From: a virus
Virus record (IMG/VR): IMGVR_UViG_3300022666_000353
Span: 1-64,000 of that record
DNA: 64,000 bases
Reading direction: 5' to 3' (one strand)
Each line of letters starts with the position of its first letter. Position 1 is the stretch's first letter. Made by a program: the position numbers and the translations under genes. This document shows positions 10,193-19,145 of the stretch, piece after piece. The notes below the pieces were generated by a model. The model was not told the DNA's origin and did no database searches. It was given only the letters and a program-made list of their open reading frames with translations.

Positions 10193-10421
10193 GGTATTCC
10201 TCCATAAACGGGTTGTCGCGTTCCAACGCTTCGTTAGCGGTGGCAACCATGAACTGGAGCAGAACATACTGCTGCTGTGTTGCCGGTCGATTAGCAAGCT
10301 GTTCCTCGGGTGTGTCATCCCTGGTGGAATATTCATGTGGTGCAATTGTAGCCACCGTCTCGTTACCGTACGCAATGACGAATGGCCAGGGCCAGAAACC
10401 AGCGCGGCGTAAAGTAAACAT
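10185..10421 (-). CDS. Hypothetical protein
   Basis: SD GGAGG; directly downstream of a promoter. Confidence 0.7.
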   Translation of the reverse strand: MFTLRRAGFWPWPFVIAYGNETVATIAPHEYSTRDDTPEEQLANRPATQQQYVLLQFMVATANEALERDNPFMEEYHE

Positions 10422-10455
10422 CCATCCTCCAGTTTAGTTAATAACTTACTTAATA

Positions 10456-10484
10456 ATTATAGCGCAGTAACCAGTACAAGTCAA
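10456..10484 (-). promoter_or_regulatory. sigma70-type promoter
   Basis: TTGACT-17-TATAAT. Confidence 0.85.
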
Positions 10485-11116
10485 GCGGTTCTCTCTTTAC
10501 CGTCTCGTTCGTGCAGCAATAGGGAGGTGACCCAGGTGCGCGGACCCATCCCACGCGGATGACCGTCCTCGCCCTTCTCCCAGTAGAACAGGCCGAAGGC
10601 AGTACCGTTCGTACGACCCGCCCCATAGAACGACGGGCGGCGCGATAGCACAGACACTTCCATGGGGTACAACTCGTCCCATAAACTATTGTAGCGGTCC
10701 ACGCCTTCCATGAACGCTAAACGCAGGAGCATTATCATAGCCCCGCCTGGGTTCAGAATGTCCCAACACTTGCGGATAATAGGCTCGGCCAGAAAGTATG
10801 GCGGGTTTGAAACAACCCAGTCATACGTACGCGGAGCTTGCCAGGTCATAAAGTCTTCGTTATACCAACCGGTAAAAACGCTCGGTTGCGGGACGGGTTC
10901 GATTTCAACGCCGTCCACATGCCGCACTTCACGAGAGTACCGGTAGGCAATCTGCCCCCAACGACCATCGCCGGCACCAACGTCCAGGATGCTGTGTGCT
11001 ATAGCAGGTGCGTATCGCTGCATCGCCGCGTGGATAAGGTTGCGCTCTGTAACGTACAGGTCGTTGGCGTGCCGCTCAGGCAGCACTGTGTCTGCTTTAA
11101 CGTAGATACTGGTCAT
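10481..11116 (-). CDS. Orphan DNA amino-methyltransferase (probably N6-adenine)
   Basis: ILDVGAGDG (SAM binding) followed by SNPPY. Confidence 0.85.
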   Translation of the reverse strand: MTSIYVKADTVLPERHANDLYVTERNLIHAAMQRYAPAIAHSILDVGAGDGRWGQIAYRYSREVRHVDGVEIEPVPQPSVFTGWYNEDFMTWQAPRTYDWVVSNPPYFLAEPIIRKCWDILNPGGAMIMLLRLAFMEGVDRYNSLWDELYPMEVSVLSRRPSFYGAGRTNGTAFGLFYWEKGEDGHPRGMGPRTWVTSLLLHERDGKERTA

Positions 11117-11119
11117 AGT

Positions 11120-11305
11120 TCACCTCAGATTAAGAAACGTGGACAGGATGACGACGGTGCCGCCTGAAAACGAACAGGCGCACAGAAACAAGAATGCCCA
11201 GAACAAATTGAACGGTACCAGGGCAAAGAACCCAAGCACGCCCAGTGCCGCCAATATGATTCCAACTAACAGACCTAACCGCTTGATATACTTTTCAGGT
11301 AACAC
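11120..11305 (-). CDS. Small 2-TM membrane protein
   Basis: Two hydrophobic stretches; SD AGGAGG. Confidence 0.7.
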   Translation of the reverse strand: MLPEKYIKRLGLLVGIILAALGVLGFFALVPFNLFWAFLFLCACSFSGGTVVILSTFLNLR

Positions 11306-11313
11306 ATCTCCTC

Positions 11314-11643
11314 CTACAGATAATGCAGTGCTCTGTACCCCATTGGGCAGTCGTCGGTGTGTGGTACGTCACCACAGGTGCATATACCCTCCAACGGGTA
11401 AAACCCGCCGCATTCTGGGCAGCGGGCCTGGTCATTGAACCGAGAGGACATCTCGATAAGTTTCCCCCTGTGTATTAAACAAGCCGGGCAGAACGGACTC
11501 TCCGCTTCAGCCACCCGGTCGTCCGAGATAGAAAGCTCGTGCATTACCAGGCCGTCTTTGTACCAACGAAAAACGAAGGTCATTTCTTTCCAGTCTCGGG
11601 ACTGTTCAATTCGGTCGGCGTCGATATTACTATTGGGTTTCAT
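11314..11643 (-). CDS. Zn-finger protein
   Basis: CPAC, CPEC, CTC...H...C. Confidence 0.75.
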   Translation of the reverse strand: MKPNSNIDADRIEQSRDWKEMTFVFRWYKDGLVMHELSISDDRVAEAESPFCPACLIHRGKLIEMSSRFNDQARCPECGGFYPLEGICTCGDVPHTDDCPMGYRALHYL

Positions 11644-11651
11644 ACTCCTCC

Positions 11652-11667
11652 AGTCTACATATGGACT
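11652..11667. repeat. 16-bp palindromic site AGTCYAYATRTRGACT, copy 1
   Basis: AGTCTACATATGGACT, abuts the SD of 11314-11643. Confidence 0.8.
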
Positions 11668-11681
11668 TATATCTATAGCGC

Positions 11682-11873
11682 CTACTTTGGCGTGGGTCCA
11701 TACAGCCAGCGAAACAAAGCCTCTTGTCGCTCTATAGGGTCCGGGTACATCTCTTCAAACTGTCGGAACAACTCATTCCGTGCAACGTTCGCACCAAAGT
11801 CTGACCGAGACTTTTTCTCAAGAGGAGATAGCGACCATGCCTCTTCGAGTCGTTTTAGTAAGTCGTCGTCCAT
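11682..11873 (-). CDS. Hypothetical protein
   Basis: Start overlaps parB stop (TAATG). Confidence 0.7.
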   Translation of the reverse strand: MDDDLLKRLEEAWSLSPLEKKSRSDFGANVARNELFRQFEEMYPDPIERQEALFRWLYGPTPK

Positions 11874-12715
11874 TAGATTAAGTCACCTGTATCCTTAAAG
11901 GTTTCACCGTCCAGATACAGTTTCAGGTTGGCGGCTTTGCGCACCAACTCTTCCACACTTGGCCGGACCTGCCGTTGAATATCTGGATACAGGCGCAGCG
12001 TTTCTTCCACCAGACGCAGGTGTTCCAACGCCTCTTTTAATTCTTGCGACATCATTTCACCCATCGGGTCAAAGTCATCTTCGTCTGACACAGGTGAGGG
12101 GTCCTCTCGTTTCTGTTTGTATGATGTTACTCGCGCTTTCTCTGCGGAAACTAAGCGGGCGATACGACGTACCGTCTTTTCAGCGATGGCACGGTCTGCC
12201 AGAGCAGCCTGTATATCCAAAGGCTGAGACAGCAGCGGTTCAATAGCGGAGGGGGCAACCCGCCCCTCCTCTACAGCCTTTTGTAATTTTGGGTCAGCCC
12301 GCAGTGTAGCCAGCGCCAGGCTGACTTCTGAGTCGGACACGCCGAAACGTGTAGCAATAGACTTTTGGGTTTGTCCAAGCTCGCGCAACCTGGCGAAAAC
12401 ACGGGCACGGTCCAGGTATCCCATGCCTTTTCGCTGCTCGTTCTCATTATACTGTGCGATGAGAAGTTCTGCTTCATTAGCGGGAGGTTCTTCAACAACT
12501 GCGTGAATGGTATCCCATCCCAGTGAACGAGCTGCGGCTACGCGCCGGTGTCCAAATTTTAAGAAGTAATGACCATCCGCACGGTATACTTGAATGGGGA
12601 CGAGTTGCCCGTTTTCCCGGAGAGACTCGGCCAGGGACTTGATTTCATCCAGGTCCGTCCGGGGATTTCCTGGAGATACAATCTCCTCTAGTTTTATCAG
12701 CTTAACGTCTGCCAT
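11873..12715 (-). CDS. parB: ParB/Srx-family protein with HTH
   Basis: NPR...LAESLRENGQLVPIQV...FGHRRVAAA...ENEQR; HTH TQKSIATRFGVSDSEVS. Confidence 0.9.
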   Translation of the reverse strand: MADVKLIKLEEIVSPGNPRTDLDEIKSLAESLRENGQLVPIQVYRADGHYFLKFGHRRVAAARSLGWDTIHAVVEEPPANEAELLIAQYNENEQRKGMGYLDRARVFARLRELGQTQKSIATRFGVSDSEVSLALATLRADPKLQKAVEEGRVAPSAIEPLLSQPLDIQAALADRAIAEKTVRRIARLVSAEKARVTSYKQKREDPSPVSDEDDFDPMGEMMSQELKEALEHLRLVEETLRLYPDIQRQVRPSVEELVRKAANLKLYLDGETFKDTGDLI

Positions 12716-12743
12716 AATTACTCCTTATATTTTCACGTGAATA

Positions 12744-12772
12744 ATTATAGCGCAATAACCGCTAAGAGTCAA
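12744..12772 (-). promoter_or_regulatory. sigma70-type promoter of parB
   Basis: TTGACT-17-TATAAT. Confidence 0.85.
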
Positions 12773-13133
12773 CCGGTAAACGTGCTGCGCTACTGCGTTC
12801 GATGGTAAGTTCCTGACCGTCAACACACACGGTTATATGTGAGCCGACGACCCCTGTAACCTTACCGCGTTTTCTTTGGTTTGGGATATAGACAGTATCC
12901 CCAACACGCACCGGGCACTGCGCTGCCTGGTTGTACTTTGCTATTTCTTCTGGTTTCATTTTCGCCCCATTAAACGGTACGACAACAGCATCATTTGGAA
13001 CATCGTTTTCTTCCACGGGCACAAACCCGTAAGGGAGGTTCTCTGAGAACGCCAACGCGGCCTCGTGCGACGTGAACATTCCACGGTACACTAAAGTCAC
13101 GCCGAGCGGCAACGGTACGTATAGTAAGGTCAT
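12762..13133 (-). CDS. Hypothetical protein with C-terminal KOW/SH3-like domain
   Basis: VRVGDTVYI...GKV pattern. Confidence 0.7.
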   Translation of the reverse strand: MTLLYVPLPLGVTLVYRGMFTSHEAALAFSENLPYGFVPVEENDVPNDAVVVPFNGAKMKPEEIAKYNQAAQCPVRVGDTVYIPNQRKRGKVTGVVGSHITVCVDGQELTIERSSAARLPVDS

Positions 13134-13327
13134 TGTGTCTTTTCTCCTGGTCCTACCGGCTTTGGGTAAAGATGTAAATGTATTTTCAGGTTGACATCCA
13201 TTTCAATGGATGCCTCGAATTGCACGCCTGGGAACCGGGCTTCTGCTTCGGCAATTGACGTCTTGACAAACGGGGTCAGGTCGTACTCAAATATTACTGG
13301 AAATTTTGTTTCTGTTACACTGTCCAT
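13130..13327 (-). CDS. Hypothetical protein
   Basis: ATGA coupling to next gene. Confidence 0.65.
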   Translation of the reverse strand: MDSVTETKFPVIFEYDLTPFVKTSIAEAEARFPGVQFEASIEMDVNLKIHLHLYPKPVGPGEKTQ

Positions 13328-13404
13328 ACACAGGTCCTTTCTGAATGATTTCGAAGGATAAGGCGGTACACCCTCCTTATCCTTCTTACGATTTGTGGGA
13401 TGTG

Positions 13405-13587
13405 TTATTTATCTTCGTCAAGAGTATCGTCTACGATAATTTCCAAACGACCTTCTTCGTTCCATCGTCGGGAAACTACGTACCATAGACGGCTTTTCAG
13501 CATAAAACAATCCCCCTTTTGCGGTTCGCCGTGGAACCATTTTGAAGAAATCAGGTCACCCTCGGCATGGTAAACATCTATTTCCAT
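13405..13587 (-). CDS. Hypothetical protein
   Basis: SD GAGGTG. Confidence 0.65.
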   Translation of the reverse strand: MEIDVYHAEGDLISSKWFHGEPQKGDCFMLKSRLWYVVSRRWNEEGRLEIIVDDTLDEDK

Positions 13588-13730
13588 TTTCCCACCTCTA
13601 TTATTTGTTTTTGGTGTGGGCTATAACATAACACCCACACCTTTTAACACAGTGCGTAACCGATTTTGCCTTAAGTGTAGCACAAACAAGTTCCGTTAAT
13701 GCTACACATAGTTGGTACATAATGTATACT

Positions 13731-14324
13731 TTACTGAACTACAGTAACCTCTGTGAGTATCTCATCTGTTCCAACTACGCGATAGACCGGCTCGTCATTA
13801 TCATTGTACAATACCTCTACCAACGTTCCGTCTTCCGTCCTTTTGTAGTGGTGTCCTCCTTCTCCCCAATGTGTAACAATACCGGTTCGCGCAACCCCCC
13901 GATTATTCCACCGGTCCAACTTTTCTGCATAAATTGGTTCTTGTCCTCGCGTCCATAAGCACTTAGCCAGTCCGTCCGCGCCAAACAATACGCTTATTGC
14001 AACGCCGGCCAGTGCTGCAAACGCGGAAGCCAGCGCCAGGGCTGGAGCAGTGTATTCCCACGCAACGCTGCCTGTGTATCCAGCCAGTACCATAGTCACA
14101 CACACAGCGGACCTGCGGGCGTAGGCTCTACGAATGCCAGCATAATGCCCGTCGCTTCCAAACAAACCGTACACAGCCAACCCTACCCACCCGAGCAGGA
14201 AGTACAGCAGGACAACTACAACCCACGCTCCGATGTTACTGACGCCGGCGTCAAAAAACACAGCGCCGACCCCGATAAGCAAGGTGATTAACGTAAAACT
14301 TAGTAACTTTGTGTACATCAACAC
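13731..14324 (-). CDS. 4-TM membrane protein
   Basis: Four hydrophobic helices plus soluble tail. Confidence 0.8.
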   Translation of the reverse strand: MLMYTKLLSFTLITLLIGVGAVFFDAGVSNIGAWVVVVLLYFLLGWVGLAVYGLFGSDGHYAGIRRAYARRSAVCVTMVLAGYTGSVAWEYTAPALALASAFAALAGVAISVLFGADGLAKCLWTRGQEPIYAEKLDRWNNRGVARTGIVTHWGEGGHHYKRTEDGTLVEVLYNDNDEPVYRVVGTDEILTEVTVVQ

Positions 14325-14989
14325 TCCTTTAGTTCAAAGAATGCGTTCGTCCAGTCCTCACCACGATGTGCCGCTTCACCAACAACCAGGTCGGTGATTG
14401 CCTCTAACGCAGTTCGACCAAACCCGTACGGGTTGGCGTAGTCCACATAACCCCAGAACGCCTGGAAACCAGCAGGTTCTTTACTCTCAATAACCACTAT
14501 CTGATACAACAACTCTTGACCGTCGTCCTCGTCGTACCAGCCTTCCATTGGGGCCACCTCCACATATTCTTTCAACGTCAGGCCGAGCATGTTCTGTCCA
14601 TGCTGTACGCCCTCCGTGTCAAAGGTGCATCCCCAGAAAGCATCCTGGGGGTCAATGTTGTACAAATTACTGCGCTCATTCATTAGCCGGCGTCGAAGGT
14701 ATGGGTCTGCGAACTTGGCCTGTATTAACTGGCGCATCGTGTCGTGGCGTAAGTTGTCCCAGTCTGGTTTAACCACCGTGTCCGCAGACCGACCCATACG
14801 AACAGCCGACCGGGCAGACGGGGCGTCAAGGATTTGTCGCTGCCGTGTAACATCCAGAGTCTTAGACGCCTGATATGCGTGCTCGACAGACCGCGCCACA
14901 ACATGAGACCCGTCCGCAAGTACAAACGGAATATCCACGCGGTAAGCGTTGCTCAAGTAAAAATGTTTTCCAGTAAAACCTCGCACCAT
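14318..14989 (-). CDS. NADAR/YbiA-family protein with C-terminal extension
   Basis: LSNAY...SVEHAYQASK...AKF...DAFWG...GQNMLG. Confidence 0.85.
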   Translation of the reverse strand: MVRGFTGKHFYLSNAYRVDIPFVLADGSHVVARSVEHAYQASKTLDVTRQRQILDAPSARSAVRMGRSADTVVKPDWDNLRHDTMRQLIQAKFADPYLRRRLMNERSNLYNIDPQDAFWGCTFDTEGVQHGQNMLGLTLKEYVEVAPMEGWYDEDDGQELLYQIVVIESKEPAGFQAFWGYVDYANPYGFGRTALEAITDLVVGEAAHRGEDWTNAFFELKEC

Positions 14990-15069
14990 TTAGAACACCT
15001 GTCCTATATTACGATGAACTTCACGAATTTCAATCCCTCGTGCGGGGGATATTGGGTGGACGCTTCGGG

Positions 15070-15258
15070 TTAACCAAAAAGTAGTAGGAAGAAGAAGATA
15101 ACAGCACCGATAACAAACAGCAGGATGCCGCCCATAAGCACAATTTCCAGCAGGGCGAACGCCAGCCCGACCACGGCGAAGAACAACGACACAAGAGTCA
15201 GTAGCAAGTTGACTACAAAGTCAATGAAAGAAACGACCAGGTCAGTAAGTGTCTGCGT
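15070..15258 (-). CDS. Hydrophobic 62-aa membrane protein with apparent ACG start (absent from ORF track)
   Basis: AGGAGG-actg-ACG then open frame QTLTDLVVSFIDFVVNLLLTLVSLFFAVVGLAFALLEIVLMGGILLFVIGAVIFFFLLLFG*. Confidence 0.55.
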   Translation of the reverse strand, partial: TQTLTDLVVSFIDFVVNLLLTLVSLFFAVVGLAFALLEIVLMGGILLFVIGAVIFFFLLLFG

Positions 15259-15305
15259 CAGTCCTCCTATAACTAAAAGGGTTGTAGTGCCGCGGCGCTA
15301 GTTAT

Positions 15306-15599
15306 TTAGCGGTTGACGTACTTCTCGTACGACGCGTTCCGCCACTCTTCGCGTGTCGCTGGTTCGCCCAGGTACATCCATAACGGCCTGTACTTGGCAG
15401 TCATTTCGCCCACCCACAGTGCCAGGCTAATGGGTTTCTCTCCGGCGACCTGCTTTTGCAGCGTCTCCCAGTCTTCCAGGTCCAGGTCTTCGGTCCAGGT
15501 GGACAGGTTTAGTGCTGCCTGAAGGTGTTTCCAGTTCACACGTTCGCGCAGTAAGTCTTCCGTGATTTGCCCAAGAGCTGTCATAATATGCGCTGCCAT
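15306..15599 (-). CDS. Hypothetical protein
   Basis: SD AGGAGG. Confidence 0.75.
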   Translation of the reverse strand: MAAHIMTALGQITEDLLRERVNWKHLQAALNLSTWTEDLDLEDWETLQKQVAGEKPISLALWVGEMTAKYRPLWMYLGEPATREEWRNASYEKYVNR

Positions 15600-15663
15600 A
15601 CGGTCCTCCTATTTGGGAATGTGTTTCAAATCGGGGCACGAGCAGTCCCGTGCCCCCGTGTTT

Positions 15664-16041
15664 CTATAACCTCAGTAAGAGGCTATCCAATTCAGTGACC
15701 GGCGTGCCGTTCTTATACGCTTCCACCGCAGCAAACTGTTTCGAGCTGTTCGGGTCGGAGTGCTTTTCAATGTCGTCCTCTTCCGCCAGGTAGCAGGCTT
15801 CGATGATGAGGTCTTCGATACAAGCGGCACGGCTGTCCTCGTGGGACCGCATAACTTTCAACCGCTCGGCCCGGATTTTGGCAGCGAACTCAGGCCACTT
15901 GTCCAGAGCTTCCGACTCGGCTTCGGCCAGGTGACCCGCACTCAACCATCTGTGGTGCGGGTATCCAAGGTGCGTTTCATCCAGTAGTACAGAAGCCTGC
16001 GCTAAATGCTTTCGACAGCAGTCGATACAAGAGTTTCTCAT
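15664..16041 (-). CDS. Hypothetical protein (CxxCC...H)
   Basis: SD GGAGG before MRNSCIDCC; own promoter. Confidence 0.75.
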   Translation of the reverse strand: MRNSCIDCCRKHLAQASVLLDETHLGYPHHRWLSAGHLAEAESEALDKWPEFAAKIRAERLKVMRSHEDSRAACIEDLIIEACYLAEEDDIEKHSDPNSSKQFAAVEAYKNGTPVTELDSLLLRL

Positions 16042-16093
16042 GTGTCCTCCCAAACTAAAACCATACAACAGTTTGTCAAATAGATTGAATATA

Positions 16094-16122
16094 ATTATAG
16101 CGTAATTACTGATGTAGGTCAA
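16094..16122 (-). promoter_or_regulatory. sigma70-type promoter overlapped by a 13-bp inverted repeat
   Basis: TTGACC-17-TATAAT; ACTGATGTAGGTC (16108-20) pairs with GACCTACATCAGT (16147-59). Confidence 0.8.
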
Positions 16123-16156
16123 GGATTATTTTTCGAACTACTTCTCGACCTACATC

Positions 16157-16172
16157 AGTCCACATGTGGACT
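16157..16172. repeat. 16-bp palindrome, copy 2 (perfect)
   Basis: AGTCCACATGTGGACT overlapping the TAG of 16171-16386. Confidence 0.85.
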
Positions 16173-16386
16173 ACCAGGTCTGTTCCGGGTAGGTGCCCGT
16201 CACTTCGACGCTCACATCCCGGACCAGGTATTCGTTGTGGTCGTAGCAGTGGTCACACACCAGGCCGCCTTCCATCGAGGGCGGGTATACCACAAGATGC
16301 AGCGGGTTGTCTTCCGACGCCTCGTTCTGGCATAGCAGACACACGCCCACACGAGCCGATACGCTAGGGTTAAGCCATTTCGTCAT
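16171..16386 (-). CDS. Small Zn-finger protein
   Basis: CLLC/CDHC. Confidence 0.7.
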   Translation of the reverse strand: MTKWLNPSVSARVGVCLLCQNEASEDNPLHLVVYPPSMEGGLVCDHCYDHNEYLVRDVSVEVTGTYPEQTW

Positions 16387-16419
16387 TTCTTTGTTCTCCT
16401 TATGGACGGTACGTTATGG

Positions 16420-16872
16420 TTACCAGTTCCAACGACGTTCGCGGTTCGCTTGTTCCTTCTTCACCGCTTCCAATAACTTTTCCAGGGTGTCAACACAGTC
16501 CGACAGGTCTCCGCTGCACATGTTCTCGAACTCTTCGCAAACACGGTCGATGTCCCAGGTGCGTTCGTAAGTACGAAGCAGTGTGGCTGGCGGAGTCAGT
16601 CTGCTGTGTGACCACAGCTTATCGCTGGCCGTGCGCAACTCCTTGACTTTCTTACGAGCTTTCGATTTGTCGGCAGTAAAAATAGCCGCCTTCGCTTCCT
16701 CGTATTCCCACTCCGACAGGCCCAGGGTGTCGGACAAAGTTTCTAATACTTCGGCTCCTGTAGTCCAGGTCTGGAGCGTGTATACAGGGTCAAGGGTTTC
16801 AAAAGTCATGTCCCCGTCCTCATCTTCTTCACAACTTTCTACGTACACACGAATAGCAAATTTCTTAGTCAT
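16420..16872 (-). CDS. Hypothetical protein
   Basis: SD AAGGAG. Confidence 0.8.
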   Translation of the reverse strand: MTKKFAIRVYVESCEEDEDGDMTFETLDPVYTLQTWTTGAEVLETLSDTLGLSEWEYEEAKAAIFTADKSKARKKVKELRTASDKLWSHSRLTPPATLLRTYERTWDIDRVCEEFENMCSGDLSDCVDTLEKLLEAVKKEQANRERRWNW

Positions 16873-16886
16873 TGGTCTGCGCTCCT

Positions 16887-17084
16887 TTAGTCCAAACTTA
16901 GACTGACCGACTGGTCACCGTGAATGTTGATGTAAGGGGCGTCCGCGTACTCCTGAAAGTTGTCTTTGGCTCCGCAGTACGGGCAGACTGTGAACCCGTC
17001 GGACAGTTTTTCTGGCTGTGCTGCATACACTTCATCACAGGTGTCGCAGCGCACGACAGTAAGCGTGGCTATAATAATGTCCAT
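16887..17084 (-). CDS. Small Zn-ribbon protein
   Basis: CDTC/CPYC. Confidence 0.7.
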   Translation of the reverse strand: MDIIIATLTVVRCDTCDEVYAAQPEKLSDGFTVCPYCGAKDNFQEYADAPYINIHGDQSVSLSLD

Positions 17085-17323
17085 GAGTATTCTCCCAATG
17101 TGGTAAGGTCAACAATTGATGGTTCTTTCGTGTGCCACGGGCCTTTGTCCTCAATGCGCCACTGCTCTGTGATGCACACCTGAGTGAAGCCCCGGTTCTT
17201 GAAGTGAAGACAAGCGGCGTGTACGCCATGGGGTGTTTCTCCGTAGTATCTGGACACGGGTACCCCCGCGTCACTCACAGGTTCAACCACCCACATAGTC
17301 TCTTTGATAACAATTTCCTTCAT
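17069..17323 (-). CDS. Hypothetical protein
   Basis: SD AGGAGG. Confidence 0.7.
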   Translation of the reverse strand: MKEIVIKETMWVVEPVSDAGVPVSRYYGETPHGVHAACLHFKNRGFTQVCITEQWRIEDKGPWHTKEPSIVDLTTLGEYSWTLL

Positions 17324-17338
17324 GCCGCCCTCCTAACA

Positions 17339-17824
17339 TCAGTCATCAACCGGCTCCAGTTCGTCATCCTCTGCGTGGTATTCTGCATCAGCCCACGGCT
17401 CGTCGTAGTCGAAGGCGATGGTGTAGCCGTCCTCATCGACCGATACAACCGTAGCCAGGTGCCCCACCAAGAACTCGAACTCTGGGTAGTTGCTCTTGAC
17501 CACCCGCACAGTGTCGCCAGGTTTGAAGGTGTCGTTGGCCTCATGCCACAGGGCATCGGCCTCGCTCTCTACTGCCTCGATAACCTGGTCCCAGTCTTCT
17601 TTGGTGAATGGGTAGTACAGGTCGTAATATGAGGTTTCACTGTCCGACCCTTCAATGATTGAGCCAACCGTAACCCCTGTGTCCTTGAACGTAATGTTGG
17701 CCCCACAAGAGGTGTGTTTGTACAGGTACCTCTCAACGAGGCCCTTCACATCTTCATCAGAAGCGTCGTTGTCCTCAGTCCCGAAACAAATTTTCAGAAT
17801 ATCACGAGGTGAAGAAACGTTCAC
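17339..17824 (-). CDS. Acidic hypothetical protein with C-terminal SH3-like domain
   Basis: D/E-rich; FKPGDTVRV motif. Confidence 0.75.
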   Translation of the reverse strand: MNVSSPRDILKICFGTEDNDASDEDVKGLVERYLYKHTSCGANITFKDTGVTVGSIIEGSDSETSYYDLYYPFTKEDWDQVIEAVESEADALWHEANDTFKPGDTVRVVKSNYPEFEFLVGHLATVVSVDEDGYTIAFDYDEPWADAEYHAEDDELEPVDD

Positions 17825-17833
17825 AGTATCCTC

Positions 17834-18094
17834 CTACTCAATTACAGTTGAGCCTGGGTTGCAAGTGTGGCAAGCAAACGCCCCGGTAGAGTTGATTTCT
17901 TTCTCAGGTGCCCAGCAGCCACACTGAGAACACGCATCCACACGTAGGACTTTTATACAGGCGTAGCACAGGTCAACCATTACCTGTCTGCCGTTGATAA
18001 CAACGTGGCCGAAGTAGCCCTCGTCCTTCAACGGGTCAGCCGGTTTGCCACAGCGGTCGCAGGTTACGACATCGGTTTCCATATCGATAGCCAT
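17834..18094 (-). CDS. Double Zn-finger protein (paralog of 19695-19952)
   Basis: VTCDRCG.PAD...EG...NG..V.VDLC..C shared. Confidence 0.75.
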   Translation of the reverse strand: MAIDMETDVVTCDRCGKPADPLKDEGYFGHVVINGRQVMVDLCYACIKVLRVDACSQCGCWAPEKEINSTGAFACHTCNPGSTVIE

Positions 18095-18104
18095 AAGTAC
18101 CTCC

Positions 18105-18482
18105 TTATAGAGAGATGACACGGCCTGTAGTAGGGGCTGCTGGTAATTCAACAGGTTCTTGGATTACATGGACGTTGCAGGTATACTCGCCATCACTCAA
18201 GGTATAACGAACCGTGTCTCCAAGTGCATCGGCCAGAAGTGCCACCGCATCTTGCGGGCTGACGGCCTCGATTACAGCCGACTGACGTGGGTTGTACGCG
18301 GTGGGTCTGCGAGTGTACATCACCTGATAGCGTTTCAGAACGGGGACATCCAGGTTCTCGACTTCTGACGGCTCTTGCTCAACCAGGTCGTACAGTCCAA
18401 CGGAGTCGGCGGCATCACGTAGAGCATCGTCCTGTGTATCACCCGTCCCAACAAAGATGAAAGTGAACGCGTATGTAGGCAT
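18105..18482 (-). CDS. Hypothetical protein
   Basis: SD AAGGAG before MPTYAF. Confidence 0.7.
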   Translation of the reverse strand: MPTYAFTFIFVGTGDTQDDALRDAADSVGLYDLVEQEPSEVENLDVPVLKRYQVMYTRRPTAYNPRQSAVIEAVSPQDAVALLADALGDTVRYTLSDGEYTCNVHVIQEPVELPAAPTTGRVISL

Positions 18483-18516
18483 ATCAAAGCTCCTTTCGAA
18501 AGACGTAGTAGGAACG

Positions 18517-18891
18517 TTAGTAAATACTCGAACTATCCCACGGGTCGTCATCGGGGTTGTAGGTGGGGACGTTATCGGCGGAGCGTACCTGAACAACATA
18601 AGTCACGCCGGCGTATTCCAGTTCGAAAGTGTCCAGAGAGTCAAGCACGTCTGTGTGGGTAAGCTCGTGGCCGTTCTTGAACAACACAGCCTCAGTCCAG
18701 GCCCCGCCATTCTCAGTAAGTGCGTTGACCAGCTTCACGTCAACCTCAAGACCGTCACCAAAGTCAGCAGTCCAATAGTTGCACAGGTCATCTTCGGGGT
18801 AACCGTCGAGACAGAGACCGTTCTCAAGAGCATGTCGGGCCTTGTGTAACAGGCCAGAGAGGATATAAACATTCCGTTTCAGAGTAGTCAT
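18517..18891 (-). CDS. Acidic hypothetical protein
   Basis: SD AAGGAG. Confidence 0.75.
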   Translation of the reverse strand: MTTLKRNVYILSGLLHKARHALENGLCLDGYPEDDLCNYWTADFGDGLEVDVKLVNALTENGGAWTEAVLFKNGHELTHTDVLDSLDTFELEYAGVTYVVQVRSADNVPTYNPDDDPWDSSSIY

Positions 18892-18900
18892 CTTGTCTCC

Positions 18901-19134
18901 TTACGCTCGATTAAGTTTCTGCGCCTGAACGAAGTGTTGTTTAGCAGTGCCTTCGTCAGGGGCATTAAGGCACAAGAACAGTTCATTCCAGATGTCGTGG
19001 AGGTCAAGTATCAAGGACGTGTCCCAGGCCAGGTACTCAGTGAGCTTTACCATAACCACGTCCCAGGGTATGACGTCGTTCTCTGGTGACCAGATGTCTA
19101 GCATGTCGCCTAAGTCTTGATAGTCGGGTGTCAT
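18901..19134 (-). CDS. Hypothetical protein
   Basis: SD AAGGAG. Confidence 0.7.
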   Translation of the reverse strand: MTPDYQDLGDMLDIWSPENDVIPWDVVMVKLTEYLAWDTSLILDLHDIWNELFLCLNAPDEGTAKQHFVQAQKLNRA

Positions 19135-19145
19135 CGAGAACTCCT

